Of a stretch of 62,651 nucleotides of DNA, positions 9,066-18,098 are shown piece by piece. Source of the stretch: Candidatus Magasanikbacteria bacterium CG1_02_32_51 (GTDB lineage: Bacteria; Patescibacteriota; Patescibacteriia; Magasanikbacterales; UBA922); contig MNVC01000012.1 of NCBI GenBank assembly GCA_001871435.1, positions 1 to 62,651 of the forward strand, read 5' to 3'. A model generated the notes under the pieces. The model was not told where the DNA came from, ran no database searches, and saw only the letters and a program-made list of their open reading frames with translations. Within the stretch, counting starts at the first letter, position 1, and each line of letters begins with the position of its first letter. The position numbers and the translations under genes were made by a program.

Positions 9066-10061
9066 ATGAAATTTTTGAAATTTGTGTTAATTTTTCTTTT
9101 AATTATAATTTTTTTAATCTATATTTTTTTGTGGGTTAGTAGCTACAAAAAATATTTAGTTGATTTTGGTGTTTCTTTTAGTAAAGAACATGCCATTTAT
9201 TTGGGTTTAGACTGGAAAAAAGTTTATGAGAGTGTTTTAATGGATCTAAAACCAAAATATATACGTTTATCAGCTCCTTGGAATAACATTGAAAAAAACA
9301 AAGGTAGTTTTGATTTTAGAGATATGGATTATATGATGAATGAAGCAAAAAAAGCTGGAATAAAAGTTACTTTGGTGGTTGGACAAAAAGCACCACGTTG
9401 GCCAGAATGTTATGTACCGAATTGGGCTATCAAACTTTCTGTCAAAGAATATCAAGATAGTCTAAACAATTATTTAACCCAGATTGTAAATAGATACAAA
9501 AATAATTCAGCTCTAGAATTGTGGCAAGTAGAAAATGAACCATTTATAGATTTTAAATTTGGAGAATGTGTTAATTTTAGACCTGACTTAGTAGATGAAG
9601 AAATAAAATTAGTAAGTTTTTTGGACCAACCACATTGGACAATTGTTACAGATAGTGGTGAGTTGGGTTGGTGGAAGAAAGCTTCACAATTGAGTGATTT
9701 ATTTGGTACAACTCTATATAGAGTGGTGCGTAGTCCAAATGGCATGGTGTGGACTTATGATTGGCTACCGCCAACTTTTTATCGTTACAAAGCTATCCTA
9801 AATGGTATACACTTAGAAAGTATGTATGTTTCTGAGCTACAAGCTGAGCCATGGTTTACAGACCTTGGTCCAAATGAAACACCAATACCAGAACAAATGA
9901 AAACTATGAATATTAAAAGACTAAATAAAAATATTGATTTTGTGGAGAGGATTGGTATTGGTCGCGCTTATTTGTGGGGTGTGGAATGGTGGTATTGGCT
10001 GAAAGAAAAAAATAATGATAGTAGTTATTGGAATTTTGTTAAAGAATTAATGATTAAATAA
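9066..10061 (+). CDS. Membrane-anchored TIM-barrel glycoside hydrolase (clan GH-A, GH5/GH42-like)
   Basis: N-terminal TM helix. WQVENEPF (acid/base NEP motif) and SELQAEPW (candidate nucleophile Glu). Confidence 0.5.
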   Translation: MKFLKFVLIFLLIIIFLIYIFLWVSSYKKYLVDFGVSFSKEHAIYLGLDWKKVYESVLMDLKPKYIRLSAPWNNIEKNKGSFDFRDMDYMMNEAKKAGIKVTLVVGQKAPRWPECYVPNWAIKLSVKEYQDSLNNYLTQIVNRYKNNSALELWQVENEPFIDFKFGECVNFRPDLVDEEIKLVSFLDQPHWTIVTDSGELGWWKKASQLSDLFGTTLYRVVRSPNGMVWTYDWLPPTFYRYKAILNGIHLESMYVSELQAEPWFTDLGPNETPIPEQMKTMNIKRLNKNIDFVERIGIGRAYLWGVEWWYWLKEKNNDSSYWNFVKELMIK

Positions 10062-10086
10062 TGATTAACTATTTGGACTAAAATCA

Positions 10087-10240
10087 ATTTTAAATTTCAA
10101 AGCCCAAATGACAAATCAAAACCTAATTTCAAATATCAAATTTTTATCATTTAGTAATTTGTCATTGATTCCACCCACAGCCCAAGGCGTGCACGGCAAG
10201 GCGGACAGGTTGAAATTTGGATTTATTAATTTGAAATTTA
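10087..10240. repeat. Composite palindromic element: AT-rich arms around the long family A core
   Basis: Core 10169-10212 is TTCCACCCACAGCCCAAGGCGTGCACGGCAAGGCGGACAGGTT, with a near-copy at 15767-15806. Arms: CAAATGACAAAT/ATTTGTCATTG and AATTTCAAAT/ATTTGAAATT. Confidence 0.6.
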
Positions 10241-10255
10241 TTATATACGTTTTTT

Positions 10256-11452
10256 ATGTACTTATTTTTCAAAAAAAACCGAGAAGAAAAATTCAATATT
10301 GTCCAGCACAATGGTGTCTTCAAAAGAAAAATAGGATTGTTTGAAGCAGTGGCATTGATTACTACCTCTACTATAGGTGCTGGCATTTTTAGTTTACCAT
10401 ATGCCATTTCCAAATCAGGATTATTTGTTGGTTTAATTTATTTAGTTTTATTTGGTATTTTGATAATGGGATTGAATCTCATGTTAGGTCAGGTTGCTGA
10501 TGAAACTGGTCAAAATATGCAGATGGTTGGTTTGGCTAAGAAATATTTAGGCAAACCAGCTGAATACTTGATGACTTTATTATTCTATTTGATGTCTTTT
10601 GGTGTGCTTGTTATCTATATGATCGGCGAAGGCGAAGCTTTGTCTGCTTTGTTTGGTGGTACAAAATTTATGTGGTCTGTGATTTTTGTAACTTTTTTCT
10701 CTTTATTATTGTTTATTGGTATTAGGGCTATAAAAATTATTGACTTTGTATTGAGTTTGTCTATTTTGTTTATTATATTATTGATCGTTTGGATCAGTGC
10801 TCCTCATGTTGATTATCAAAATTATGTTTATACAGATTTAAAAAACGTCTTTTTCCCTTTTGGTGTGATTTTGTTTGCTTATTCTGGTGTCACATCTATT
10901 CCAGAAGCTCACAGTTTATTAAGAAATAAAAGTAAAGATTTCAAAAAATCTATTGTAATTTCTAGTATTATTGTTATTACTGCCTATATTTTGTTTGTAG
11001 TCGCAGTATTAGGTGTGACAGGAAATAATACTTCTGAACTCGCTACGATTTCTTTGGGTCAAAAAGTCGGTCCATCTGTTTATTTTTTTGGTAATTTGTT
11101 TGCCATATTAGCGATGGGTACTGGATTTTTGATGACCGGTTTAGCTCTTAGAGATTCTTTGGCTTGGGACTACAAATTATCTAATATAAAGTCTTTTCTT
11201 ATTACGGTAGTTGTACCTTTAGTTATATTTTCTTTAGGAGTTAGAAAATTTGTGGCTGTCATTGATATTGTTGGTGGTGTTGTGGTAAGTACCCAAATGC
11301 TTTTGGCTTTACTTATTTATTGGCGTGCCAAAAATTTAGGACATTTGAAAAATGATAAATATCAGTTGCATCATATACTTTTGACCATGATTCCTTTGTT
11401 TTTAATTTTACTATTAGGAACAATTTATAGTGTTGTGAAGTTGTTTTTCTAA
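10256..11452 (+). CDS. Amino acid permease (aromatic amino acid/AAAP-like, about 11 TM)
   Basis: STIGAGIFSLPYA motif and polytopic hydrophobic profile. Confidence 0.65.
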   Translation: MYLFFKKNREEKFNIVQHNGVFKRKIGLFEAVALITTSTIGAGIFSLPYAISKSGLFVGLIYLVLFGILIMGLNLMLGQVADETGQNMQMVGLAKKYLGKPAEYLMTLLFYLMSFGVLVIYMIGEGEALSALFGGTKFMWSVIFVTFFSLLLFIGIRAIKIIDFVLSLSILFIILLIVWISAPHVDYQNYVYTDLKNVFFPFGVILFAYSGVTSIPEAHSLLRNKSKDFKKSIVISSIIVITAYILFVVAVLGVTGNNTSELATISLGQKVGPSVYFFGNLFAILAMGTGFLMTGLALRDSLAWDYKLSNIKSFLITVVVPLVIFSLGVRKFVAVIDIVGGVVVSTQMLLALLIYWRAKNLGHLKNDKYQLHHILLTMIPLFLILLLGTIYSVVKLFF

Positions 11453-11476
11453 CTTTGTTATTAAAGCATTAAAACA

Positions 11477-11508
11477 TTCCGCCCAAGGCGAATCCGCCTT
11501 GGGCGGAA
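11477..11508. terminator. Perfect 14-bp GC palindrome (family A-derived) between convergent genes; likely bidirectional terminator
   Basis: TTCCGCCCAAGGCG aatc CGCCTTGGGCGGAA, followed by AAAA. Confidence 0.6.
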
Positions 11509-11576
11509 AAATATTAAAACAACATGAAGATGTTTTGTTTATAATTTCTGTGAGACAAATAATTATATTTTATATG

Positions 11577-12827
11577 TTATGTGGCAAAAGAAAACAATTG
11601 TTGTTGTGTGTAAATTTGTTCTACATCTTCTTCGGCTATTTCACCTTCTAGCATTTGTATAAGTGTATTCCCAATATGATAACCAAGATTTACAGGTACG
11701 GCATTACCAATTTGTTTGTATTGTTGAGAGATAGAGCCTGAAAATTTCCAATCATCAGGGAATGTTTGAATTCTAGCATATTCACGTACTGTGAGAGGGC
11801 GAGTTTCTTCAGGATGACATCGTTCTGTTTGCTTTTGTGCTGGACTACATGTCAACGTAAGTGAAGGTTCCTCCCAAGAAAGTCTTCTAGCCATACCAGT
11901 TTTTCCACCACCCATGTAAAAGCTTGCCCCCATATATTTTTTTTGTAAATCTTCAGGTAAATTTCTCCAATAACCACCAGGAGGTATAAGATCTAAAATG
12001 TTTTTTTTATGTTCTGGATATTTTTGACCTTCAGATTTTGGACATTTGTGTAAAGCCTCGCGTAGAGGAATTATATAATCCTTTTCTTTAGGAAATGAAA
12101 TTGGTATATTCAAATCGTTTCTTACTCCAATGATAATTAGACGCTCTCTTTTTTGAGATACATCTAAATATTGTGATCTAAGAACTTTATATTTAACCTT
12201 GTATCCCAATTCTTCTAAAACAGAGACCATTGTTTTTAGAGTTCTTCCACCATCGTGATTTAATAATCCCTTTACATTTTCTCCGACTGCAATTTTTGGT
12301 TTTACTTCTTTTACACATCTAGCAAACTCAAAAAATAAAGTTCCTCGTATATCTTCGAATCCCATCTTTTTACCAGCATAGGAAAAAGTTTGACATGGAA
12401 AACCTCCTTGCACAATATCAGCTTGTCCTTCCTCAAATTTTAGATTTCGTACGTCGTCTTCAACTACGTTCCAATCTGGTCTGTTTGTCCTTAATGTTTC
12501 ACAGGCGTGTTTATCATATTCGTTTAATAGGATATGCTCAATACCTGCATTTTCCATTCCTATGGCCGTTCCCCCCGCACCTGCAAATAACTCAATTGCT
12601 GTATATGATGATTTCTTTTTATTTTTTAAAATTTTGAATTTGTTTGTTTTGCTACCAGATTTATTTTGGATTCTTTTAATTTCATCTAGTAAAAACATTC
12701 TGTCATTTCTATCATTTCGAAAAGATTTAATCAAACCGGATTTGTCCCAGCGTCTGATAGTATCAATAGATATGTTTAGTAGGAGGGCAGTCTCGCCAGC
12801 TGTAAAATATTTTTTTGTACTTTTCAT
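11577..12827 (-). CDS. DNA (cytosine-5)-methyltransferase with an N-terminal MerR/excisionase-type HTH
   Basis: Motif I FAGAGG, motif IV GGFPCQTFS, motif VI ENV, motif VIII QKRERLIIIG, motif X GNAVPV. N-terminal FTAGETALLLNISIDTIRRWDKSGLI. Confidence 0.92.
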   Translation of the reverse strand: MKSTKKYFTAGETALLLNISIDTIRRWDKSGLIKSFRNDRNDRMFLLDEIKRIQNKSGSKTNKFKILKNKKKSSYTAIELFAGAGGTAIGMENAGIEHILLNEYDKHACETLRTNRPDWNVVEDDVRNLKFEEGQADIVQGGFPCQTFSYAGKKMGFEDIRGTLFFEFARCVKEVKPKIAVGENVKGLLNHDGGRTLKTMVSVLEELGYKVKYKVLRSQYLDVSQKRERLIIIGVRNDLNIPISFPKEKDYIIPLREALHKCPKSEGQKYPEHKKNILDLIPPGGYWRNLPEDLQKKYMGASFYMGGGKTGMARRLSWEEPSLTLTCSPAQKQTERCHPEETRPLTVREYARIQTFPDDWKFSGSISQQYKQIGNAVPVNLGYHIGNTLIQMLEGEIAEEDVEQIYTQQQLFSFAT

Positions 12828-12890
12828 ATAAAAAATGATAGTGGATTAAGTTATCATTATTATATCATATAACCATTGCCTATGTGAAGG

Positions 12891-13592
12891 TTATTCTGTG
12901 GAAAAAGCCATTTTGAATAATTTGTGATACTCTTTGCTTTCTTGTTTATTCAATTTATAATTGTGTTTGTCAGCAATAACCTGGGGGATAATGTCAAATA
13001 ACTCAAGAAGTGCATTTTTTCTTCCAGTTGTCATTTCATAAAAACTAACGCCATCAATTACTCTTATTTTGTTTTTTGCTGGACGTCTTTTTCCTTTTTC
13101 AGATGGTGTAAATGGTTTATCATATTTTTTTCTTCTTTTTGAGATTACTTCGACATAATAGCCAGTATAACCAGTATATTCATAATTTTTGAGAGTATTT
13201 TTTATGTCGTCATATAACTTTACTAAATGGTTTCCTTTTGTGGTGTTGTATTTATTTTTGACTTCAGCAATTATTTTCATTTTTTTATTTATGACATCTA
13301 AACCACCTCCTGTGCCAAGGTTTTTCCAACCAGAAATTGAACCTAAAATATCTTGGTGAAAATCACCTATAGAATTTTGCATTGTTTTTTGAGTTTGTCT
13401 AGCTTTTTCTTGTTCCATCCAATCTGTATAAGGTATAGATTTTGTAATTCCATGGAACAAAGCAGAAAATGGGTCTATTACATTTTTATGTATGTTGACT
13501 TCTGCATCCTGTTCAGCTTTTTCAATTACATTTATAACTTTACTAACAGCAGAAATTAAATTTTTGTCAGAAATAAATTTTAGGTAAGGCAT
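12891..13592 (-). CDS. Candidate type II restriction endonuclease (PD-(D/E)xK) partner of the m5C methyltransferase
   Basis: Directly upstream and co-oriented with the methyltransferase. GGGLDV...IIAEVKNKYNT fits D...ExK. A resemblance to the Eco47II/Sau96I family is recollection only and unverified. Confidence 0.5.
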   Translation of the reverse strand: MPYLKFISDKNLISAVSKVINVIEKAEQDAEVNIHKNVIDPFSALFHGITKSIPYTDWMEQEKARQTQKTMQNSIGDFHQDILGSISGWKNLGTGGGLDVINKKMKIIAEVKNKYNTTKGNHLVKLYDDIKNTLKNYEYTGYTGYYVEVISKRRKKYDKPFTPSEKGKRRPAKNKIRVIDGVSFYEMTTGRKNALLELFDIIPQVIADKHNYKLNKQESKEYHKLFKMAFSTE

Positions 13593-13719
13593 ATTAATTT
13601 TTAAATTTTAACTTAAACTTAAACTAATAATACCACACAACGCACAATTTGCAAGGTCTTTTGTACCATTTTCTCTCAAAATCTGTTATAATATAAACAC
13701 TTATTTTTTACTTATATTT

Positions 13720-14532
13720 ATGACCATAATCCAATCTATAGTCTTGGGAATTGTCCAGGGTTTGAGTGAATTTTTACCAATTTCTTCTTCTGGACATCTT
13801 ATTTTTTTACCCAGACTCTTTGGTTGGTCTGATCATCCTATCGCTTTCGACGTAATCTTACATTTGGGTACACTACTCGCCGTAGTTTTTTATTTCCGTA
13901 AAAAGTTGTGGCAACTCATTTTGGCTTTTTTCAATTATAAAAAGGATATTAGTGAAGAAGTGAAGTCAGACAAAAAAATAGCTTGGTTGATAGCTTTTAG
14001 TATCATACCTGCTGGAGCTGTTGGGTATTTTTGGGGTGATTGGTTGGAGAATACTTTCAGTTCTTCTACTTTTATTGCTTTTAGTCTTATCTTTTGGGGT
14101 ATTATTTTGTATGTGGCCGATAGATATGCCAAGAGACAGACACAAACAAAAAAATTAGCACAAATTTCTTGGAAAGATAATTTATTTATAGCTATTTCTC
14201 AAGCTCTAGCACTGATACCAGGTACTTCTAGGTCTGGTATTACTATGACAGCTGGATTATTTAGCAAATTAGACAAAAACACAGCGGCAGAATATTCATT
14301 TTTAATGAGTGTACCTATTATTTTGTTAGCAGGACTTAGTAATGTTTTTGATTTGGTAAAAAACGGTTTAGGGAATTTGAATTTGTTAGTTTTGACTACT
14401 GGTTTTGTTTTTTCATCTTTGAGTGGTTTTTTTGCTATTTCTTTTTTCTTAAAAATTATCAAAAAATGGGACTTTACACCTTTTGTTATTTATAGAATAA
14501 TTATTGGTGTTTTGATACTATTTTTATTATAA
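13720..14532 (+). CDS. uppP: Undecaprenyl-diphosphate phosphatase
   Basis: SEFLPISSSGHL and PGTSRSG motifs, 8-TM profile. Confidence 0.92.
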   Translation: MTIIQSIVLGIVQGLSEFLPISSSGHLIFLPRLFGWSDHPIAFDVILHLGTLLAVVFYFRKKLWQLILAFFNYKKDISEEVKSDKKIAWLIAFSIIPAGAVGYFWGDWLENTFSSSTFIAFSLIFWGIILYVADRYAKRQTQTKKLAQISWKDNLFIAISQALALIPGTSRSGITMTAGLFSKLDKNTAAEYSFLMSVPIILLAGLSNVFDLVKNGLGNLNLLVLTTGFVFSSLSGFFAISFFLKIIKKWDFTPFVIYRIIIGVLILFLL

Positions 14533-14546
14533 AAATTTTCTAGAAG

Positions 14547-14638
14547 GGTTCCCTCCTTGAGGAGGGGCAGGGAGGTGTTACCGTTTTGTAAGTAATTACG
14601 GTGGTAACACCCCCTTTATCCCCCTCGAGGGGGAAACC
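14547..14638. repeat. Family B GC-rich multi-hairpin element, copy 1
   Basis: CCCTCC/GGAGGG, GGGAGGTGTTACCG/CGGTGGTAACACCCCC and CCCCCTCGAGGGGG. Related copy at 28653-28767. Confidence 0.65.
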
Positions 14639-14690
14639 AAAAAATTATCTCAATTTATTATAAACTCATAAAAAATAATAGTTTGTCATT

Positions 14691-15707
14691 ATGAAAAAAA
14701 ACAAAAAAGAAAAAAATATTGTAACAGTCCTCGGTGCTGGAAATATGGGGACCGCTATATCTCAAGTTTTGGCTGATAATGGTAATATTGTTAATATTTG
14801 GAATTGGGAAGGGGATATAGAACCTTTGAAACAAATTGAAAAACATCATGAAAACAAAAATTATCTAAAAGGTGTTAAACTGTCAGAAAATATTATAGTT
14901 AAATATAGTATTGAAGAAGCTTTGTTGGATTCTTCTTTTGTTTTTTTGGCTATTCCGAGTGGTGTGCTTGAACATACTATTGCCTTTGCAGCCAGAAATA
15001 TCAAAAATAGGGCAATAGTAATAGATTTATCAAAGGGAATAGACACTAAAAGTTTGCAAATTACTTCTTTTATAATTGCTAAACATTTACGTTCAAATTT
15101 GAAAAAAAATGTAGTAACTATTTCAGGTCCAGCAATTGCCTCACAGATGGTGAACAAAAATTTTACAGCTATGAATATAGCTTCCAAAAATAATAATGCT
15201 ATCAAAAAAGTTAGGTCAATTATGGAAAATGAATATATCAAATTGGTACCAACTCATGATGTAATTGGAGTAGATGTGGGTGGATCATTCAAAAATGTTT
15301 ATAGTATTGCAATTGGTATGTGTGAAGGCCTTGGTTATGGACTAAATACTAAAGCTGCTTTGATTACTTATGCCATCAAAGAAATTGCTGATATTACCAA
15401 AGCTATGGGTGGTAAAAGACGTACTGCTTATGATCTAGCTGGTTTAGGTGATCTTATAGGAACTTCGCTTTGTGAAGATAGTCGTAATCATCGTTTCGGT
15501 AAATATCTAGGTCAAGGAATGCCAGCTCTCAAAGCTAAAGAAAAAGTAGGTCAAACAATAGAAGGTATTGATGCTGTAGAGTGCCTGATTAGATTAGTAA
15601 AAAAATACGATTTGGGTACTCCTTTTGCTAATACTATTTATCATTGTATAGTTAGTAAGCATGATCCTAGAAGAGCTTTTGAAAATCTTTTGAGAAACAT
15701 TTTATAG
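14691..15707 (+). CDS. gpsA: NAD(P)H-dependent glycerol-3-phosphate dehydrogenase
   Basis: VLGAGNMGTA Rossmann motif, SGPAIA, GSFKNVY, and a GpsA-like C-terminal domain. Confidence 0.85.
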   Translation: MKKNKKEKNIVTVLGAGNMGTAISQVLADNGNIVNIWNWEGDIEPLKQIEKHHENKNYLKGVKLSENIIVKYSIEEALLDSSFVFLAIPSGVLEHTIAFAARNIKNRAIVIDLSKGIDTKSLQITSFIIAKHLRSNLKKNVVTISGPAIASQMVNKNFTAMNIASKNNNAIKKVRSIMENEYIKLVPTHDVIGVDVGGSFKNVYSIAIGMCEGLGYGLNTKAALITYAIKEIADITKAMGGKRRTAYDLAGLGDLIGTSLCEDSRNHRFGKYLGQGMPALKAKEKVGQTIEGIDAVECLIRLVKKYDLGTPFANTIYHCIVSKHDPRRAFENLLRNIL

Positions 15708-15766
15708 TAGTTGACAAATTTGTTTAGTATGGTATGATAAATATGATAATTCATATTTATTTATTT

Positions 15767-15806
15767 TTCCACCCACAGCCCCAGGCGTGCTTAGCAAGGC
15801 GGACTA
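15767..15806. repeat. Long family A core, copy 2
   Basis: TTCCACCCACAGCCCCAGGCGTGCTTAGCAAGGCGGACTAG, near-identical to 10169-10212. Confidence 0.65.
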
Positions 15807-15881
15807 GTAATTAATTAACAGAATTTATTTTTTGAAAGTTAATTTCTCAAATTGGTGGTATAAAATTATAATTCATCACTT

Positions 15882-16130
15882 ATGAAAAAAGAAGCCAAGG
15901 AAGAATTTTTTGGCAACATACATGGTACCACCTCTGTTGGTGAAAGAGGACAATTAGTTATACCAAAGAAATTGCGCGAAAAATTAAAAATTAAAAAAGG
16001 TGACAATTTTGTAGTTGTCGAAAAGCATGGTATGGTAATTCTTATGCCAACCAAAGTCATGACTGATTTTATTTCCAAATTGAATCTTCAATTGAACAAT
16101 ATTAATCCGCCCAAGGCGGACAAGGTTTAA
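15882..16130 (+). CDS. AbrB/MazE/SpoVT-family DNA-binding protein (orphan antitoxin-like)
   Basis: GERGQLVIPKKLREKLKIKKGDNFVV swapped-hairpin motif. The last 9 codons and the stop lie inside the family A repeat. Confidence 0.7.
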   Translation: MKKEAKEEFFGNIHGTTSVGERGQLVIPKKLREKLKIKKGDNFVVVEKHGMVILMPTKVMTDFISKLNLQLNNINPPKADKV

Positions 16131-16230
16131 TTCCTCGTAGCTTGCTGCAAAATAATCCAATTGATACCTCGTCAGCTTCAGCCAGAGGACTGATCAGCCT
16201 AGGGCACGATGCTGTGCGAGGTAGTCCATT
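16104..16230. repeat. Family A long-form element, copy 1
   Basis: AATCCGCCCAAGGCGGACAAGGTTTAATTCCTCGTAGCTTGCTGC.AAATAATCCAATTGATACCTCG... matches 33607-33708 nearly base for base over the first ~70 nt. Confidence 0.8.
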
Positions 16231-16242
16231 AAAGAAAATAAT

Positions 16243-18048
16243 ATGTCCGAAGAAAAAAAGAAAAAGAAATGGTACAAAAGAAAAATGTTTTATATTTTTG
16301 TGGTTATTTTAGTTTTGGTTGCTTTTGGTGTTTATGCCAAAATAAAAAATTCCAATAAACCACCAACTTATGAAACTATCAAAGTTGAGAGAGGAACTTT
16401 GTCACAAACAGTTGATGCCACTGGCAATGTAGAATCATCTGGTTCATTAGATTTACGTTTTCAAAAGAGTGCTAATCTGGCCAAAATTTATAAAAAAGTA
16501 AATGATAAAGTCAAAGCAGGGGATATTATAGCTGAGGTGGACGTTAGTAGTGAAAATGCTCAAGTGGCTCAAGCTAGTGCTTCAGTACAACAATCCAAAG
16601 CCAATTTGAACAAAGTTTTAGCAGGTGCTACTGATAGTTATGTTTTGAGTATCAAGTCAAATTATGATAAAGCTCAAGCAAGTCTAAATCAAATAAAATC
16701 CACATCAGCTGATGCTGTTGCTAATGCTGAGGCAACTTTGCAAACTGCAGAAAATAATTTGAAATTATCCGTTGGTGGAGAAAATAGTCAGATAGTTGAT
16801 AATGCTTATCAAGATTTGTTTGTCAATATTCAATCAGTTCAGAATTCTTTAGCCAATGCTTTGACTGATTCTGATAATATTTTGGGTATTGATAATACTT
16901 TAGCCAATGATAATTTTGAAGCTGTCTTGTCAGCTTTGGATAGTAGTAAATTGAACATTGCTAAAACAAAATATAGTGTTGCCAAATCAGCTAAAAATAA
17001 TTTAGATATTGCGAGTAATAATCTTAGTTTGAATTCTGTTCATAATGAAATAGATAATGTCGCCACAATAGCTGAAGAAGGTCTTGTTGCTTCTAGGGAT
17101 TTATTGTTTACAATGTCTCAAATGCTTGATGCTACAGTGCCAATTGGTAATTTGACTCAGACAGATTTGACTACCAAAAAATCTACAATTAATATTGATA
17201 GAACGGATATAAGTAGTAAATATGCAACATTGATTGGTAATGTTCAAGCTGTAGAAACTGCCAAAAATAGTTATATTACCTACAAAATCGCTTATGACAA
17301 AGCCAAAGCTAATTTGGAAAATGCCAAGACAAAGGCTGAGGCTGATATTGCTTCTGCCCAAGCCAGTTTGATTCAAGCTGAAGCTCAGTACAATGATGTC
17401 AAAAACCCAGCTCGCAGTGAAGACGTTTCTTCCGCTCGTGCCCAACTTGCTGGCACTCAAGCTAGTCTATCTCAGGCTGTGGCTACTCGTAATAAAGGTA
17501 GAATAATAGCTCCTGTAGCTGGTACTATTGCCAAGCTCAATGGTAAAGTTGGTGAATTTGTAAATTCAGTAGATGTTTTTGCTCAATTAGTAAATCCACA
17601 TTTATTTGAAATTAATGTAGATATTCCAGAGACAGATATTATCAAAATTTCTATTGGAGATGATACTGACATTACTCTTGATGCTTATGGTGAAGATCAC
17701 CATTTTGTAGGTAAAGTCAGTCAAATAGAAACAGGGGAGACTGTGATTCAAGATGTAGTTTATTACAAAGTTACGATTTCTATGGAAGATAATGATAGTC
17801 AATATCATATTTTGAATGGTATGACAGCTAATATTCTTTTTTATACTGAAAAGAAAGACAATGTTTTGTACATACCACAAAGAACTATCAAAACTGATGA
17901 TAATGGCAAAAAATATGTAATTGTGTTAGATAATGGACAGACAAGTAATGTTTTTATAGAAACAGGGCTTCGTGGTGATAATGGTTTGATTGAAGTTACT
18001 TCTGGATTGCAAGATGGACAAGAGGTTGTGGTTAGACAAAATGCTTAA
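16243..18048 (+). CDS. HlyD/MacA-type periplasmic adaptor (membrane fusion protein) with a long coiled coil
   Basis: N-terminal TM, biotinyl-lipoyl-like GDIIAEVD...IIAPVAGTIAKL halves, long Ala/Gln-rich coiled coil, C-terminal beta-barrel. Confidence 0.75.
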   Translation: MSEEKKKKKWYKRKMFYIFVVILVLVAFGVYAKIKNSNKPPTYETIKVERGTLSQTVDATGNVESSGSLDLRFQKSANLAKIYKKVNDKVKAGDIIAEVDVSSENAQVAQASASVQQSKANLNKVLAGATDSYVLSIKSNYDKAQASLNQIKSTSADAVANAEATLQTAENNLKLSVGGENSQIVDNAYQDLFVNIQSVQNSLANALTDSDNILGIDNTLANDNFEAVLSALDSSKLNIAKTKYSVAKSAKNNLDIASNNLSLNSVHNEIDNVATIAEEGLVASRDLLFTMSQMLDATVPIGNLTQTDLTTKKSTINIDRTDISSKYATLIGNVQAVETAKNSYITYKIAYDKAKANLENAKTKAEADIASAQASLIQAEAQYNDVKNPARSEDVSSARAQLAGTQASLSQAVATRNKGRIIAPVAGTIAKLNGKVGEFVNSVDVFAQLVNPHLFEINVDIPETDIIKISIGDDTDITLDAYGEDHHFVGKVSQIETGETVIQDVVYYKVTISMEDNDSQYHILNGMTANILFYTEKKDNVLYIPQRTIKTDDNGKKYVIVLDNGQTSNVFIETGLRGDNGLIEVTSGLQDGQEVVVRQNA

Positions 18049-18098
18049 AGACGCGGATTTATACGGATTTTAAATGCAGATAAACGCTGATTTTAATT

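Noticed and set aside
10108-10413. ORFs 10108-10344 (plus) and 10162-10413 (minus)
   Set aside because: Both are read through the composite repeat element and the 5' end of the permease gene. No coding signal.
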